A DNA stretch of 64,000 nucleotides from Octopus vulgaris (taxonomy: Eukaryota), in NCBI GenBank assembly GCA_951406725.2, contig OX597823.1, forward strand, positions 99,014,001 to 99,078,000. The letters are read 5' to 3'. Numbering within the stretch: the stretch's first letter is position 1; each line of letters begins with the position of its first letter. The translations under genes and the position numbers were made by a program. Under the pieces are notes generated by a model, which made no database searches, had not been told where the DNA came from, and worked only from the letters and a program-made list of their open reading frames with translations. Of this stretch, positions 30,466 through 44,533 are shown one piece after another.

Positions 30466-31657
30466 TGTTACGAAACTGACTGGAATCGCCCACTGTCGTC
30501 GCTCGTCCCGAACGGCTCGCACACTAGTTCCGCCACGGAACCCAAAGAGGCGGAGAGAGGAGATACAGATAGATACTGCCACAACCTCAACAGCACAGAG
30601 ATACAGAGGCACAACCCGAGATACAACCCAAAGAGGCAAGGCAACAACTGGCAACACTGGCTTATATTCAAACAACAGTTTATACGGCAATTACAATGTT
30701 ACAACATCAAGATACATCAAAGCATGCACGTGACTACTCAATACATAATACAACATCATGTAACAATATATCAGTCCGGAGACGCAACAAGTCATATACA
30801 GTATTTCAAAGGTACACGTCTGAAGACACAGTTCTCTAAAGTCTCTTTTTCTAAACATCACAATCAACAAGTCCTTTACTCTTCAATTCACAATGTTCTT
30901 TATCGACTACATCGACAGAGTCCTTCTTTTTCTCTCTTCTTTTCTTTTATATCGTGACACATATCAATACACAATCAATACAATTAAATACCTTATTCCT
31001 AATTGAATCTGCCAGTGTCCCATTCCTCTCAATACTGCTAATTCCTCTGAATACTGCTAATTCCCTTCTGTGCCGCCAAGCTTTCTCGCATCCAACTTGC
31101 TCCTAAGAATTCCAACGCTTGCTCCTTAAATCCAAGGTTCCATCCACTCGCTCTGACCTCCAGAGTCCGTCCGTGTTCCTCGACGACCGCTCAACGACTG
31201 CCCAGAACCTCACTTCCTTGTCCTGACTTCCACTCCCTCATCTCCCTCTGTCTATATCGCTCCTACCCTTTCTAACTGCTCTCTGATTCCTTACTCTATC
31301 TATATCGCCTCAATCCCTTAGCCTCTCTATCTGTCCCTTACTGCTTGTCCTTTCTATTTGCCCTCTGCTCTTACTCTATCGCTATCGCCTGCCAGACTCT
31401 TAGCCTCTCCATCCGTCCCTTACTGCTTATACTCTATCTCTATCTGCTCTCAGCCCTTAATCTGTCTCCCTTCTTTCACATTCTCCTGACCCTCTTCTCA
31501 GCCGCACGAGGTCACAGGTCATTCCAAAACCCATTAGTCCTCCATTAGACAAAAGACTGTCACATTTTCACCAGACATACTGGAACCATATCCACGATGT
31601 GGGTCACCAGAAACACTACACTAATTAAACCCGAAATGCACTTAGCCAACCGTAACA
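30466..31657 (-). repeat. 5' LTR (1192 bp)
   Basis: TG...CA termini; adjacent to the PBS. Confidence 0.93.
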
Positions 31658-31693
31658 ATATACATATATATATACATATATATACATATACAT

Positions 31694-33290
31694 ATATATA
31701 TATATATATATATAAAACTTAGATAAAACTTATATATGTTTCGACCAGAGATTGGTCCAGGCCATGTCTAACTTAATAGCACCACCTGATAGGATTATTC
31801 GAATCCTGTTTAAGTCAAGTTTTGTTCAAGTAGTGAGTCCTTGTTGGGTGAGTTGTATCCAGTTTTGTTCAAGTAGTGAGTTCTTGTTGGGTGAGTTGTA
31901 TCCAATTATGGGTGGCTTATCTGGTATTCTTTGAAGGAATCTATCCAGACTCTGTTTGAAGTTGATGGGATCCTTTTCCTCTTTGATCTCCCTCGGGACA
32001 ATGTTAAATAGGGCAGGGCCTGTTGAGGAAAAGAAATTATGTTGCAGTGTACATGTATGTTGTGATCTTGAATTTGGCAGGGGACGTATAGCCCGTGGTC
32101 CAAGTCTCGGATGAACCTTGAAGCTAATGTTTAGGTCGTTTGGGCAAAGTTGGCGGTATATTTTCCACATCGTACAAATGATGTACCGCTCACGGCGACG
32201 CTGGAGGGAGTAAAGTTTCAAGGCTTTAAGGCGATCCCAATAATCGAGAGCAGCCATGCCTTCAATTTGTTTAGTGAGAGCCCTCTGGGGTGACTCAATT
32301 CTGGAGATGTTTTGTCTTGTGTGAGGAGACCACAGTGGGCAGCAGTATTCAAGGTGTGGCCGTACAAAGGATGAAAAAAGTGGTATGATGACACCTTGTT
32401 CTCTGGACCGGAAAGTTCTTAAGATCCAGGAACTCATCCTACGAGCTGTATCGACCTTCTTGTTGATGTGTGCACTCCAACTGAGATCGTCATCAACAAT
32501 TACACCCAGGTCTCTGATATTGTTAGAGGCTGTGAGCGGTTCCCCTGAAGGAAGAGAGTATGGTTGTTTTAGTGAGGAATTTCTTCCAAAATGCATCAGC
32601 TCAAATTTTCCCTCATTCAGTTGCATTTTGTTTCTGTCTGCCCATTGACTCACAGCATATAGGTCAGACTGGAGTTGAGTTCGGTCTGCTTCTTCATTGA
32701 CGATTTGCTGGAGCTTAGTGTCATCAGCGAATATTTTCACTTTGCAGTGATGTACGACACTGGAAAGGTCGTTTACATAAATTATGAAGAGTAGCGGACC
32801 CAAAACAGTTCCCTGGGGAACACCGCTGGTGACTTTTGCTGGGTTTGAGTGGACTCCATCAACTACAACATGTTGTGTTCTATTCGCTAGGAAATACTGA
32901 ATCCAGTGTAGAACTTTTCCACGGATTCCAACATTTGCCAATTTTGAGAGTAGGATGTTATGGTCTACCATGTCGAACGCTTTACTGAAGTCAAGGTATA
33001 TGACGTCAGAGTTCGAACCTGTTCCCAAGGCTTTGAGTACATCTTCAATGTGGTGTAAGAGCTGTGTTAGACAGTCCCTGCCACAGCGAAAGCCATGCTG
33101 ATTTGAATTTAGGAGTTTGTGGGTCTCCAGGAAGTCAGCTATCCTTGATCTTAACACTCTTTCAAACACTTTAATGATGTGGGAGGTGAGTGAGATTGGG
33201 CGATAGTTGACTGCGAGGGATCTGTTTCCCTGTTTGAAAACCGGGATGACCGACTGGGATAGAAACTTTTTCGGTATATAACCTGCGTCT
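31694..33290 (-). mobile_element. CR1-group LINE, divergent family D, 5'-truncated with open RT
   Basis: Open frame 33290->31826: [57 protein letters not shown]; ~41-bp tandem duplication at the ORF end; (TAAGTTTTATC)-like tail. Confidence 0.92.
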
Positions 33291-33319
33291 AATACATATA
33301 CATATATATACATATACAT

Positions 33320-33353
<34 letters not shown>

Positions 33354-33477
33354 ACATATACATATACATATATATACATATACATATATATACATATACA
33401 TATATATATACATATACATACATATACATATACATATATATACATATACATATATATACATATACATATATATATAT

Positions 33478-34873
33478 GATTTTTTTTGATGATTTTGATT
33501 TTTGATTTTTCCAGTTTCAGCTAATGAGCTGTGGCCATGCTGGGGCACCGCCATTTGGTTTGCTACACGGGTTTACCTCACGGATGCTTTTTAGCAAACG
33601 CCATCTGATGCATGAGTTCGATGCAGCTGCCCTCATCTGCACCTCCTGCCGTGAAGTTGGTTCATCCGGGACACCTGACAGGAAGAGATCCAGTCCTACT
33701 TTAAAGACATCCGCATCTACACCATGCAGGTCCCTCAGGTTCTTCGGGAGGACATTGAAGAGCCGTGGGCCTCTGAAGCCCAGGCTATCACAATATCTTG
33801 TCCTACATCTTGATGGCAAATTTGGAGTCCTTGGTACTACGCAGTGGCGTCTGGTTCTGGCGTTTGTGTGACTCTCGATGCCAAAGTCTGGGACAAGACC
33901 TTCCAGGATCTTCCAGATGTATATTATGGCATATCTTTCTCGCCTACTCTCCAGGGAATAGAGTTTTAATCTCTTGAGCCTCTCCCAGTAGCTCGTATGC
34001 TGCACGGAGGCTATCTTCTTCGTGTAGCTTCGTTGGATCGCCTCAAGTTCTGTGATCAACTTGACACTGGATGGTGACCATAGCTGAGAGCAATAGTCAA
34101 AGTGGCTTAGGACAAGTGTCTTCCAGAGGACCATCATGGTTTCTTGTTCTCTTGTTCTAAAGGTTCTAAGAATCCATCCAGCCAGCCGTCTGCATTTCAT
34201 TGTCAGTTTAGCAACATGTACATGAAAGGTCGCGTCATCACTCATGTGAATACCCAGGTCACGCACTGATTGTGCCTCTGGGATTGCAATCCCTCCGGGT
34301 CCAGTGTATTCATTGGGTATTGCATTCAGTTTTGCATGCTGATAGTATAAAGCTTGAAACTTTTTAGCATTGAACTGCATGCTATTCTTTTCAGCCCACT
34401 TGTATATTTCGTCCAGCTCACATTGCAGGTGCTTAGTGTCTTCAGGGTTCTGTATTGCCTGTGAAACTTTTGTATCATCTGCATAACTTGTGATCGTGGC
34501 TCTCCGCGTGGCTGAGGGCATGTCTGAGAGGGCCATTATGAACAGTAGTGGTCCCAAAACAGTGCCCTGTGGAACACCGCTCACTATTTGCGTGCTAATG
34601 GAAGTGGCCCCATTGGCTGCTATCACCTGACTTCTATTCTTCAGAAAGTCATGAAGCCATTCTCCTAGTTTTCCAACTATGCCAAGATCACGCAGTTTGT
34701 GACATATCATTCCATGATCGACTTTATCGAAGGCCTTTGCGAAGTCAAGATATATGACTTCCACATTTGAGTGGTTGAGCAGTTGTTTCAGAACCCAGTC
34801 ATAGTGCTGCAGGAGCTGAGTTAAGCAGATTCTTCCTGGTCGGAAACCATGTTGGGTGTCAGGCAGCAAGTCA
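33478..34873 (-). mobile_element. CR1-group LINE, subfamily A, 5'-truncated
   Basis: RT from [14 protein letters not shown] to the end; same 3' terminus as the copies at 6110 and 8382. Confidence 0.92.
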
Positions 34874-34956
34874 TATATATATACATATACATACATATAT
34901 ATATATACATATATATATATATACACATATATATATATACACATATATATATACAC

Positions 34957-34990
<34 letters not shown>

Positions 34991-34995
34991 GTATG

Positions 34996-35027
<32 letters not shown>

Positions 35028-35108
35028 CATATATATACATATACATACATATATATACATATATATACATACATACATATATATACATACATACATATAT
35101 ATATATAC

Positions 35109-35142
<34 letters not shown>

Positions 35143-35144
35143 AC

Positions 35145-35178
<34 letters not shown>

Positions 35179-35263
35179 ACATACATATATATATATACAT
35201 ATATATATATATGTATGTATATATATATACATATATATATATATACATATATATACATACATA

Positions 35264-35304
<41 letters not shown>

Positions 35305-35662
35305 ACATACATATATATATATATATACATATATATACATACATATATATATACATACATATATATATATATATACATACATATATATACATATATACAT
35401 ATATATATATATATACATACATATATATACATATATACATATATATACATACATATATATATATATACATATATATACATATATATATATATACATATAT
35501 ATACATACATATATATACATATATATACATACAAATATATATATATATACATATACATACATACATATACATACATATATATATACATATACATACATAC
35601 ATATACATACATATATATATATACATACATATACATACATACATATACATACATATATATAT

Positions 35663-35693
<31 letters not shown>

Positions 35694-35716
35694 CATATAT
35701 ACATATATATATATAT

Positions 35717-36386
35717 AGACGATGAAAGAAGTCACCCCCACCTGGTGGACGCCCGGGAGGAGGTTTTGAATGAGAAACCTGCCCGGGAAGTGAACCCAGG
35801 TGCAAGTTCTCCAACCGGCAGCAAGGGCCATGGAGACGGAGAACCCGGTGAAGAGGTAGAGGGAGGAAGAAGAACTAAAAGAAGGACTGGAAGAGCTAAA
35901 GGAAAAGAAAAAGCTCAAGCAGGACCAAAGAGTGAAACAACCAGAAATAGAAGTGGAACCGCAAAGGATGGAACCAAACAGCGCACACGGGTGTGTATGT
36001 TCTACCTGAGAGGTTCCTGCTGGCATGGAAAGGAAGGTGCAGGCTGCCGCTTTGCACATCGGGGACCCTGCCACAGAGACACGAGGCAGATGGACAAACC
36101 ATCAACACAAAGAAAGGGGATGGACCACGCACCACCTGCCCCAAAGCGGAGGTACGCAGATGTTGTGCGCGTCACAAACAGCCAACATGATGTTGTCGAA
36201 AGAGCAGCTGCTGAGCAACAATCTTTTTTGTGCATGGCACAAAAGATTGTACAGCAGCTGACCTGGCTTCATCAAGGCCAAGCCCGCAGGTGGGACTACC
36301 CACTATATACCAGACCACCACAGCAAACAGACACAGGATGGACACCGCCAGCAACAACGTACACCTCACCTCGATACTCCTACTGA
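35717..36386 (+). CDS. LINE ORF1 C-terminal part with CCCH zinc finger (no start codon; truncated)
   Basis: Basic low-complexity tract then [22 protein letters not shown] (C-x7-C-x8-C-x3-H); overlaps ORF2, which lies in the -1 frame. Confidence 0.7.
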
Positions 36387-39334
36387 ACATCAGAGGACTG
36401 CAAACACTCAGTAACAGGACAAAGATCCCGTTCCTGAGAGACTTTGTTGCATGCAATCAAGCCATATGCATAGCACTTACAGAAACGCACCTGAAACCGG
36501 ACATAGCAGATGCGGAGTTACACATACCACAGTATGCTGTACTACGGACCGACAGGAAAGAAAGGAGTCATGGAGGTGTTGCTATGTACATCCGTGAGGA
36601 CCTCACACCCCAGGTCCTCTTGTCATACTCAAACTCGGTGTGTGACACACTAATTGCACATATTAGGCAACTTGATGTAGTTGTGTGTGCTACATATCGC
36701 CCTCCAGATGCCCCAAGCCATGTGGGCAAGTTTGAAGACTGCCTTATAAAAATAGAAGAAATTCTAACCACATTAGAACAACACATAGGTGTGCTTCTTA
36801 TGGGAGACTTCAATCTGCCCAATGTCAGATGGCCCGAGGGCCTTTCTCTCCCAGGAATGACAAGATGTGAACGAGGACAGGCGAGGTCCCTCCTGAACCT
36901 CACCAACACCCTGTACATGGAGCAGGTAATACTCCAACCAACCAGGGCAGGTAACACACTGGATCTCTGCTTCACAAATGACATGGATCTCATCCATAAT
37001 GTGAAAGTGACACCGACACTACTCTCGGATCACAACATGATAGAGCTGACCATGTACGGGCCAAAAGAGAGCACGGACATGCAGCCTACAAGAAACCCTC
37101 AAAATCTTTCCAGCTTGAACTACCATAAGGCAAACTGGAAACAAATTGAGAAAGAGATCCTCAAACAAAACTGGCCTAAATGTCTCTCCTCGCCAGACAT
37201 CGACGTGAAACTTCAACAATTCATGTCTGTAATGCAAGCCATATGCTACAAATGTGTCCCAGAGAGAAAGGCCACTGTACACAAGAACAAAATCCCCAGT
37301 GAGAGGAAAATTTTAATGAGACGGCGTACGAAATTTTCAAATCGCCTAAACAAACAGATTGAAAGCAGTGAAAAGTCCCGCCTAAAAATAAAACTGTTGG
37401 AAATCGAAAAATGTCTGCAACTCTCCCATGAAAAAGAAAGAGCAGACAAAGAAGCCTGGGCTATAGAAAACATAAAATCTAACCCCAGAGCTTTCTACAG
37501 GTATGCCAAAGAAACAGCTACAGTGCACTGTAGAATAGGGCCACTCCTCGAAAAGGATGGCACACTTACAGGAAAACCAATGAGGGTAAGTGAAATACTG
37601 AATGAGCAATTCAAGAGTGTTTTCACTCCACCCCTTGGGCATCTCCAAATCACCAATCCAACTGACTTTTTTACCACTGCAGATATAAAATCAGAGGCGG
37701 CGACGATAGATTACATCGATATAAAGGAAGACGATGTAACGAAGGCTATAGATGAAATGAAAACAGACTCAGCTACTGGCCCCGATGGATTCCCGGCAAT
37801 CCTCCTAAAAGCATGTAAGAGAGTCCTAGCAAGACCACTGCAGTTCCTCTTTCAGAGCTTCCTTGCAGCTGGCAAACTTCCGAGAAAACTGAAGGAAGGT
37901 AAAATATGCCCCATTCATAAAGGAGGTAGCAGAGCGGAAGCCAAGAACTATAGACCTATCTCTCTGACCTCACACATCAGCAAGGTCATGGAACGAATAG
38001 TCAGAAGGAAGCTGATCACCTTCCTTGAAGAGAATGACTTGCTGCCCGACACCCAACATGGTTTCCGACCAGGGAGAAGCTGTTTAACTCAGCTCCTACA
38101 ACACTATGACTGGGTGCTGAAACGGCTGCTCAACCACTCAAATGTGGAAGTGATATATCTCGACTTTGCAAAGGCCTTTGATAAAGTCGATCATGGAATG
38201 ATATGTCACAAACTGCGTGATCTCAACATAGTTGGAAAACTGGGAGAATGGCTTCATGACTTTCTGAAGGATAGAAGTCAGGTGGTAGTAGCCAATGGGG
38301 CCACCTCCATTAACACACAAATAGTGAGCGGTGTTCCGCAGGGCACTGTTCTGGGACCACTACTGTTCATAATGGCCCTCTCAGACATGCCCTCAGCCAC
38401 GCAGAGAGCCACGATCACAAGTTATGCAGATGATACAAAAGTTTCACAGGTAATACAGAACCCTGAGGACACTAAACACCTGCAATGTGAGCTGGACGAA
38501 ATATACAAGTGGGCTGAAAAGAATAGCATGCAGTTCAATGCTGGAAAGTTTCAAGCTTTATACTATCAGCATGCAAAACTGAATGCAATACCCAATGAAT
38601 ACACTGGACCCGGAGGGATTGCAATCCCAGAGGCACAATCAGTGCGTGACCTGGGTATTCACATGAGTGATGACGCGACCTTTCATGTACATGTTGCTAA
38701 ACTGACAATGAAATGTAGACGGCTGGCTGGATGGATTCTTAGAACCTTTAGAACAAGAGAACAAGAAACCATGATGGTCCTCTGGAAGACACTTGTCCTA
38801 AGCCACTTTGACTATTGCTCTCAGCTATGGTCACCATCCAGTGTCAAGTTGATCACAGAACTTGAGGCGATCCAACGAAGCTACACAAAGAAGATAGCCT
38901 CTATGCAGAATGTAAGCTACTGGGAAAGACTCAAGAGATTAAAATTATATTCCCTGGAGCGTAGGCGGGAAAGATATGCCATAATATACATCTGGAAGAT
39001 CCTGGAGGGAAGTGTCCTGAACTTTGGCATCGAGAGTTACGCAAATGCCAGAACTGGGCGCCACTGCGTGGTGCCTAGGACTCCAAACCTGCCATCAAGA
39101 TGTAGGACAAGATACTGTGATAGCCTGGGCTTCCGAGGCCCACAGCTCTTCAATATCCTCCCGAAGAACCTGAGAGACCTGCATGGGGTGGATACAGATG
39201 TCTTTAAAATGAAGCTGGATCTCTTCCTGTCAGGTGTCCCAGATGAACCAACTTCACGGCAGGAGGGGCAGATGAGGGCAGCTGCATCGAACTCTCTCAT
39301 GCACCAAATAGCAGCTGCTAGAAAGCCTCCATGA
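36338..39334 (+). CDS. LINE ORF2: AP endonuclease + reverse transcriptase, uninterrupted
   Basis: Within the 1034-codon ORF 36230-39334; likely ATG at 36338 (MDTASNN) just before LLLNIRGL; expected APE and RT motifs present, including YADD. Confidence 0.95.
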   Translation: MDTASNNVHLTSILLLNIRGLQTLSNRTKIPFLRDFVACNQAICIALTETHLKPDIADAELHIPQYAVLRTDRKERSHGGVAMYIREDLTPQVLLSYSNSVCDTLIAHIRQLDVVVCATYRPPDAPSHVGKFEDCLIKIEEILTTLEQHIGVLLMGDFNLPNVRWPEGLSLPGMTRCERGQARSLLNLTNTLYMEQVILQPTRAGNTLDLCFTNDMDLIHNVKVTPTLLSDHNMIELTMYGPKESTDMQPTRNPQNLSSLNYHKANWKQIEKEILKQNWPKCLSSPDIDVKLQQFMSVMQAICYKCVPERKATVHKNKIPSERKILMRRRTKFSNRLNKQIESSEKSRLKIKLLEIEKCLQLSHEKERADKEAWAIENIKSNPRAFYRYAKETATVHCRIGPLLEKDGTLTGKPMRVSEILNEQFKSVFTPPLGHLQITNPTDFFTTADIKSEAATIDYIDIKEDDVTKAIDEMKTDSATGPDGFPAILLKACKRVLARPLQFLFQSFLAAGKLPRKLKEGKICPIHKGGSRAEAKNYRPISLTSHISKVMERIVRRKLITFLEENDLLPDTQHGFRPGRSCLTQLLQHYDWVLKRLLNHSNVEVIYLDFAKAFDKVDHGMICHKLRDLNIVGKLGEWLHDFLKDRSQVVVANGATSINTQIVSGVPQGTVLGPLLFIMALSDMPSATQRATITSYADDTKVSQVIQNPEDTKHLQCELDEIYKWAEKNSMQFNAGKFQALYYQHAKLNAIPNEYTGPGGIAIPEAQSVRDLGIHMSDDATFHVHVAKLTMKCRRLAGWILRTFRTREQETMMVLWKTLVLSHFDYCSQLWSPSSVKLITELEAIQRSYTKKIASMQNVSYWERLKRLKLYSLERRRERYAIIYIWKILEGSVLNFGIESYANARTGRHCVVPRTPNLPSRCRTRYCDSLGFRGPQLFNILPKNLRDLHGVDTDVFKMKLDLFLSGVPDEPTSRQEGQMRAAASNSLMHQIAAARKPP

Positions 39335-39914
39335 AGTGAAACCAAGTAGCAACACAAAATGGCGGTGCCCCAGCATGGCCACAGCTCATAAGCTGAAACT
39401 AGAATCAATCAATCATACATATATATATATATATACATATATATATACACATATATATACACATATATATACATATATATACACATATATATATACACAT
39501 ATATATATATATACACATATATATATATACACATATATATATATATATACACACATGTATATACACATATATATATATACACACATGTATATACACATAT
39601 ATATATATATATACACATATATACACACATATATATATATACACACATATATACATATATATATACACACATATACATATATATATACACATATATATAT
39701 ACATATATATATATACATATATATATACACATATATATATACACACATATATATACACACATATATATATACATATATATATATACATATATATACATAT
39801 ACATATATATACATATATATATATACATACATATATATGTATATACATATATATATATATACATATATATACATATATATACATACATATATATGTATAT
39901 ACATATATATATAT

Positions 39915-41537
39915 TACTCTTTTACTCTTTTACTTGTTTCAGCCATCCGGCTGAGGCCATGCTGGGGCACCGCCTTTGTTGCTACTCTCTCTAAGTCCAG
40001 TTTGCCGTGGCTGGCCACTGATCTAAGAGAGAGTTTGTAGCTGCTGCCCTTAGGTTTCCTTCGTACCTTGCAGTGGGTTCATCTGGGATCCCGGAAAGCA
40101 GCTTTTCTAGATGTTTTTTGAAACTGTCCACATCCGCATCATGTAGATCTCTTAGTTTTCTTGGCAGTTTGTTGAACAGCTGAGGGCCCCTGAACCCCAG
40201 GCTATTACAGTATCTGCTCCTTACCCTGGATGTGGAAGACGGGACCTTTGGCACCACACAGTGACGTCCTGTACGGGGATTGGAACAGCTCTCAATTCCA
40301 AAATTTGGTGCTAGTCCCTCCAGGATTTTCCATATTTATATCACTGCATATCTCTCTCGTCTTCGTTCCAAGGAGTACAAATTGAGTTCCCTAAGCCTCT
40401 CCCAATAGTTCTTTTCTTTCATGGTGGAAATTCTCTTGGTGAAATGTCTTTGGATTGTCTCAAGCTCTGTGGTTAGTTTGACACTATGCGGTGACCACAG
40501 TTGGGAGCAGTAGTCCTGGCGGCTTAGGACAAATGTCCTCCATAGTGTCAACATGGTCTCGCAGTCTCTTGTCCGGAATGTCCTCAGGATCCAGCCAGTG
40601 AGTCGTCTGCACATTGTCGCCACCTTCGCGATGTGTGAAGAAAAAGATGCATCGTCACTCATGTCTATCCCCAGGTCCTGTATTGATTTCGATACTGGGA
40701 TTTCGATCCCTCCTGGACCAGTATAGTTGTGTTGTAATGTATATGTGTTTACAGCTTGATATTGTAAGGCCTGAAATTTACCAGCATTAAATTGCATGTT
40801 GTTGTCTTCAGCCCATTTGTATATGGCATCCAGATCTTGTTGTAAAAGGTCAGCATCAGCTGGGTTTTTGATTGCCTGTGCTACCTTTGTGTCATCAGCA
40901 TAGCTAGTGAGGGATGTTGTTTGTGCTACCAAGGGCATGTCAGAGAGCACCACCAAAAACAGCAAGGGTCCCAAGACTGTGCCCTGTGGCACCCCGCTTG
41001 CTATTGGTGTCTTTCCCGAGAGGGCTCCATTGGCTGCAACCATCTGGCTTCTGTCCTTCAGGAAGTCATATATCCACTCACCTACTTTTCCTGTTATGCC
41101 GAGTCTGAGTAATTTGTGACAAATCACTCCGTGGTCGACTCTGTCAAAGGCCTTCGCAAAGTCGAGATATACCACATCCACCTGTGAGCGATCCAGTAGT
41201 TGTTTCAGTACCCAGTCGTAGTGTTGTAACAGCTGCGTAAGGCAGCTTCTTCCTGGGCGAAAGCCATGCTGTGTGTCAGTGAGACGGTTAGTTTCTTCGA
41301 GGAATGTGATCAGTTTTTTCTGATGATTCGTTCCATGACCTTACTTATGTGTGACGTCAGGGAGACTGGCCTGTAGTTTTTGGCCTCTGCTCTACTCCCT
41401 CCTTTGTGGATGGGCATATGGTGCCTTCTTTTAGCGCCCTGGGCAGTTTACCGTTAGCCAAGGAACCACTGAAGAGCCTTTTCAGTGGTCCCGCTAGGGC
41501 ATGCCTGCATGTTTTTAGGAGGACTGCTGGTCCTCCT
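39915..41537 (-). mobile_element. CR1-group LINE, family E, 5'-truncated, disrupted
   Basis: [28 protein letters not shown]; terminus GGTGCCCCAGCATGGCCTCAGCCGGATGGCTGAAACAA(GTAAAAGA)2. Confidence 0.92.
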
Positions 41538-42321
41538 AAAATATATGTATATATACACATACATATATACACATATATATATGTACACACACACATATAT
41601 ATACACACACACATATATATATATACATACATACATACACATACATATATACACACACATATATATATATACATACATATATACATATATACACACACAC
41701 ATATATATATACATACACACACACATATATATACATATATATACATATACATATATACACACACACATATATATATACACACACACATATATATATATAC
41801 ATATATACACACATATATATATACACATACACATATATATACATACATATACATACATACACATATATATACATACATATACATACATACACATATATAT
41901 ACACATATATATACATATATATATACACATATACATACATATATATACACATATATATACACACACATATATATATACACCTATACATACTTACACACAT
42001 ACATATATATATATATATATACATACATATATACATATATATATATACATACATATATACATATATATATACATACATATATACATATATATATCTATAT
42101 ATACACATATATATATCTATACACATATATATATCTATATATACACATATATATCTATACACATATATATATCTATCTATACATACATATATATCTATCT
42201 ATCCATACATACATACCCATCCATACATACATATCCATCCATACATATATATATACATACATACATACATACATATATACATACATACATACATATATAC
42301 ATACATACATACATACATATA

Positions 42322-42355
<34 letters not shown>

Positions 42356-42392
42356 CATACATACATACATATACACACATATACATATATAG

Positions 42393-43231
42393 TGATACGA
42401 GGTCAGTTGAAGAAAAAGTGTTATGACCCAGTTTCTGCTGGTTGGTGCCAGAGGGACTGGCGAAACAAGTTATGGCGCTTTGTCCTGTCATCTGTAGCGA
42501 AAATTAATGAGTTAGGAAGTGATATTTTGGTCTCTACGGCCAGGGAAAGTTTAAGAATAAAATTAAAATGCTAGCCTTTATAAATGCGGCAAGCTGGGGT
42601 TTGTTGGTCAGTTTTGGTGTGAGGGTCGATCAGAGTCAGTCAGCCAGACCGTGAGCAGAGCATATAAGGGAGTGAGACGGAGATGACGGCGAGAAGGCAG
42701 CTGAAATTGTTGCAGACTCGGAACATGCGGTAATGTTTATGTTTTTGTTGTTGAATTTTGGATGTTGATGTGAAATGTAAAAGAAAAAAAGAAAAGAACT
42801 TGTGAGTTCTGTTAAAAAACAGAAAGACTGACTAAAAGGAAAAAAGAACATTGTGACAAACTGTAATCTATTGAAATGTAAAAAGAATTGTTGAAGAGAA
42901 GAGAAAGACTTTAATGTGGACTGTTTTCGGACGTTGTGTATTGTACATGCATTGATTATTGTTTTTCTTTTTAACTCTGTACGATTTGTTATATGTTTCT
43001 CTTTAATGTATTACGTTTTGATTCATGTTGTAACAATTGTATAAACTGTTGTTAAATGTAAGCAACTGCCTTCCGCTGTCTCTCTCTTCCTGTTGTTGTT
43101 GTCTCCGGTCACTGGCTTGCGTTCGCTGCCCACCCCTGCTTTCTGTGGTGGATTTCCGTTTGACTGAGCGTGGTCGTCATCGCTCAACTTAGGGTCCCGA
43201 GTTCGAGTTGAGCGACGGCAGGTTCGTAACA
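42393..43231. mobile_element. Solo LTR (839 bp)
   Basis: TGATACGA...TCGTAACA imperfect inverted termini like the LTRs at 27280; non-coding; flanks ATAG/ATAT; sits in a TA array. Confidence 0.7.
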
Positions 43232-43320
43232 ATATATATATATATACATACATATAGATATATACATACATATACATATATATACATACATATACATACA
43301 TACATACATACATACACATA

Positions 43321-43533
43321 CATCACCGTGACCAACCAGGCTATCAGATGTTGCTACACAATGCGCTTTGCATTGTTTTAGCCTTCAAATTACGCCACCC
43401 CGCTGGCTAAGCGAGCAGGCCAACAGAAGAAAGAGTGAGAGAAAGTTGTGGCGACAGAGTACAGCAGGGACCGCCACCACCCCTTGCCAGACCTTGTGGA
43501 GCTTTAGGTGTTTTCGCACAATAAACACTCACA
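43321..43533 (-). mobile_element. Probable SINE fragment
   Basis: GC-richer non-coding segment abutting a (TACA)n tail; resembles cephalopod SINE bodies (from recall, not verified). Confidence 0.4.
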
Positions 43534-44274
43534 TTTTTGGTTATGGAGGATCTGATTCTGAAAAAAAATTGGTTTGTAAAATTTCAAATCACACACACAC
43601 ACCCTCGGGCCTTTTACTAGAATGCATACAGAAACAGACAAAACAACCGTTCATTTTCACATTTAGACAGTGGGATGGCTGGGGGGATTTGGGGTCAGAG
43701 TTTCTCATAGAAAATTCGAAATTAAAATTTGAATTTGTGTTTATTTTTTCCATATTCTTAGTCTCCGTATTTTCCTGCATAGGTTGATGGGGAAAAAAAA
43801 ATTTCAAAAAAGTTTTAAAAAGAAAGACCACTTTAATTTCACATGAATTACTTTGTCATATTATTGTGGGAAATTACTCTGAAAGAAATCTTTGCAGAAA
43901 GGTGAGTAGATTGATTGCATTATGTTATCGCAGTTTTGTGAGAGTTGGCTGTTATTTCTAGCATGTGGATAGCCTGCTTGAAGGTATATATATATATACT
44001 CTTGTGTCTGGGGTGAGTCATTTTCTTTTTGTGCCTTATAATTTAACACACACACTGGTAAAATTACCACTTATTTTTATTTTCCTAAAATTTTCGTTGC
44101 ATCTTGCCACCTTATAAGTGGAAATTATGGATTAGATAGGATTCATTGGGGAAGATCTAAGGTTGGTACACTTAACATTGCCAACCCTCACCAATTTCCA
44201 AGCATGTTTTCTTAGACGACTGCAACAAACCACATTGATACTTGTTTATGAATAAGGAATGCTAGAATTAAGAC

Positions 44275-44514
44275 ACTACAGAACTCATTGCAAGGAAAAA
44301 CATTTAATGATTTAGAGGGAGTCAAAATGCATCTAGATAACTTTTTTTCACCAAAACCAGTCAAATTTTATGCTGATGGAATATTTAAATTGCCTGATAG
44401 ATGGGCAAAGGTCATTAATAATAATGGAAATTATTTCATTGAATAAAATTTGAGATCATTTATATCCCCTTTTGACTATTAAAAAATGTTCAGAACTTTC
44501 CAGACAACCTAAAA
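44275..44514 (+). mobile_element. Mariner 3' remnant
   Basis: LQNSLQGKTFNDLEGVKMHLDNFFSPKPVKFYADGIFKLPDRWAKVINNNGNYFIE* followed by a TIR-like ...GACAACCTAA and TA. Confidence 0.8.
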
Positions 44515-44533
44515 TATATATATATATATATAT

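Larger units (their letters stand above)
27280..31657 (-). mobile_element. Non-autonomous Gypsy-type LTR retrotransposon
   Basis: Two ~1.19-kb LTRs with TGTTACG...CGTAACA termini, ATAT 4-bp TSD, tRNA-Leu-type PBS, PPT, ~2-kb internal region with RT remnants. Confidence 0.92.
35717..39414 (+). mobile_element. CR1-group LINE, subfamily B, near full length (ORF1 5'-truncated)
   Basis: ORF1 remnant, intact ORF2, 3' stem-loop and (ATCA)n tail; both ends in microsatellite. Confidence 0.95.

Noticed and set aside
43534-44270. Probable further degraded repeats in AT-rich sequence
   Set aside because: No termini, coding motifs or independent copies (other than the segmental duplicate) to support a call.
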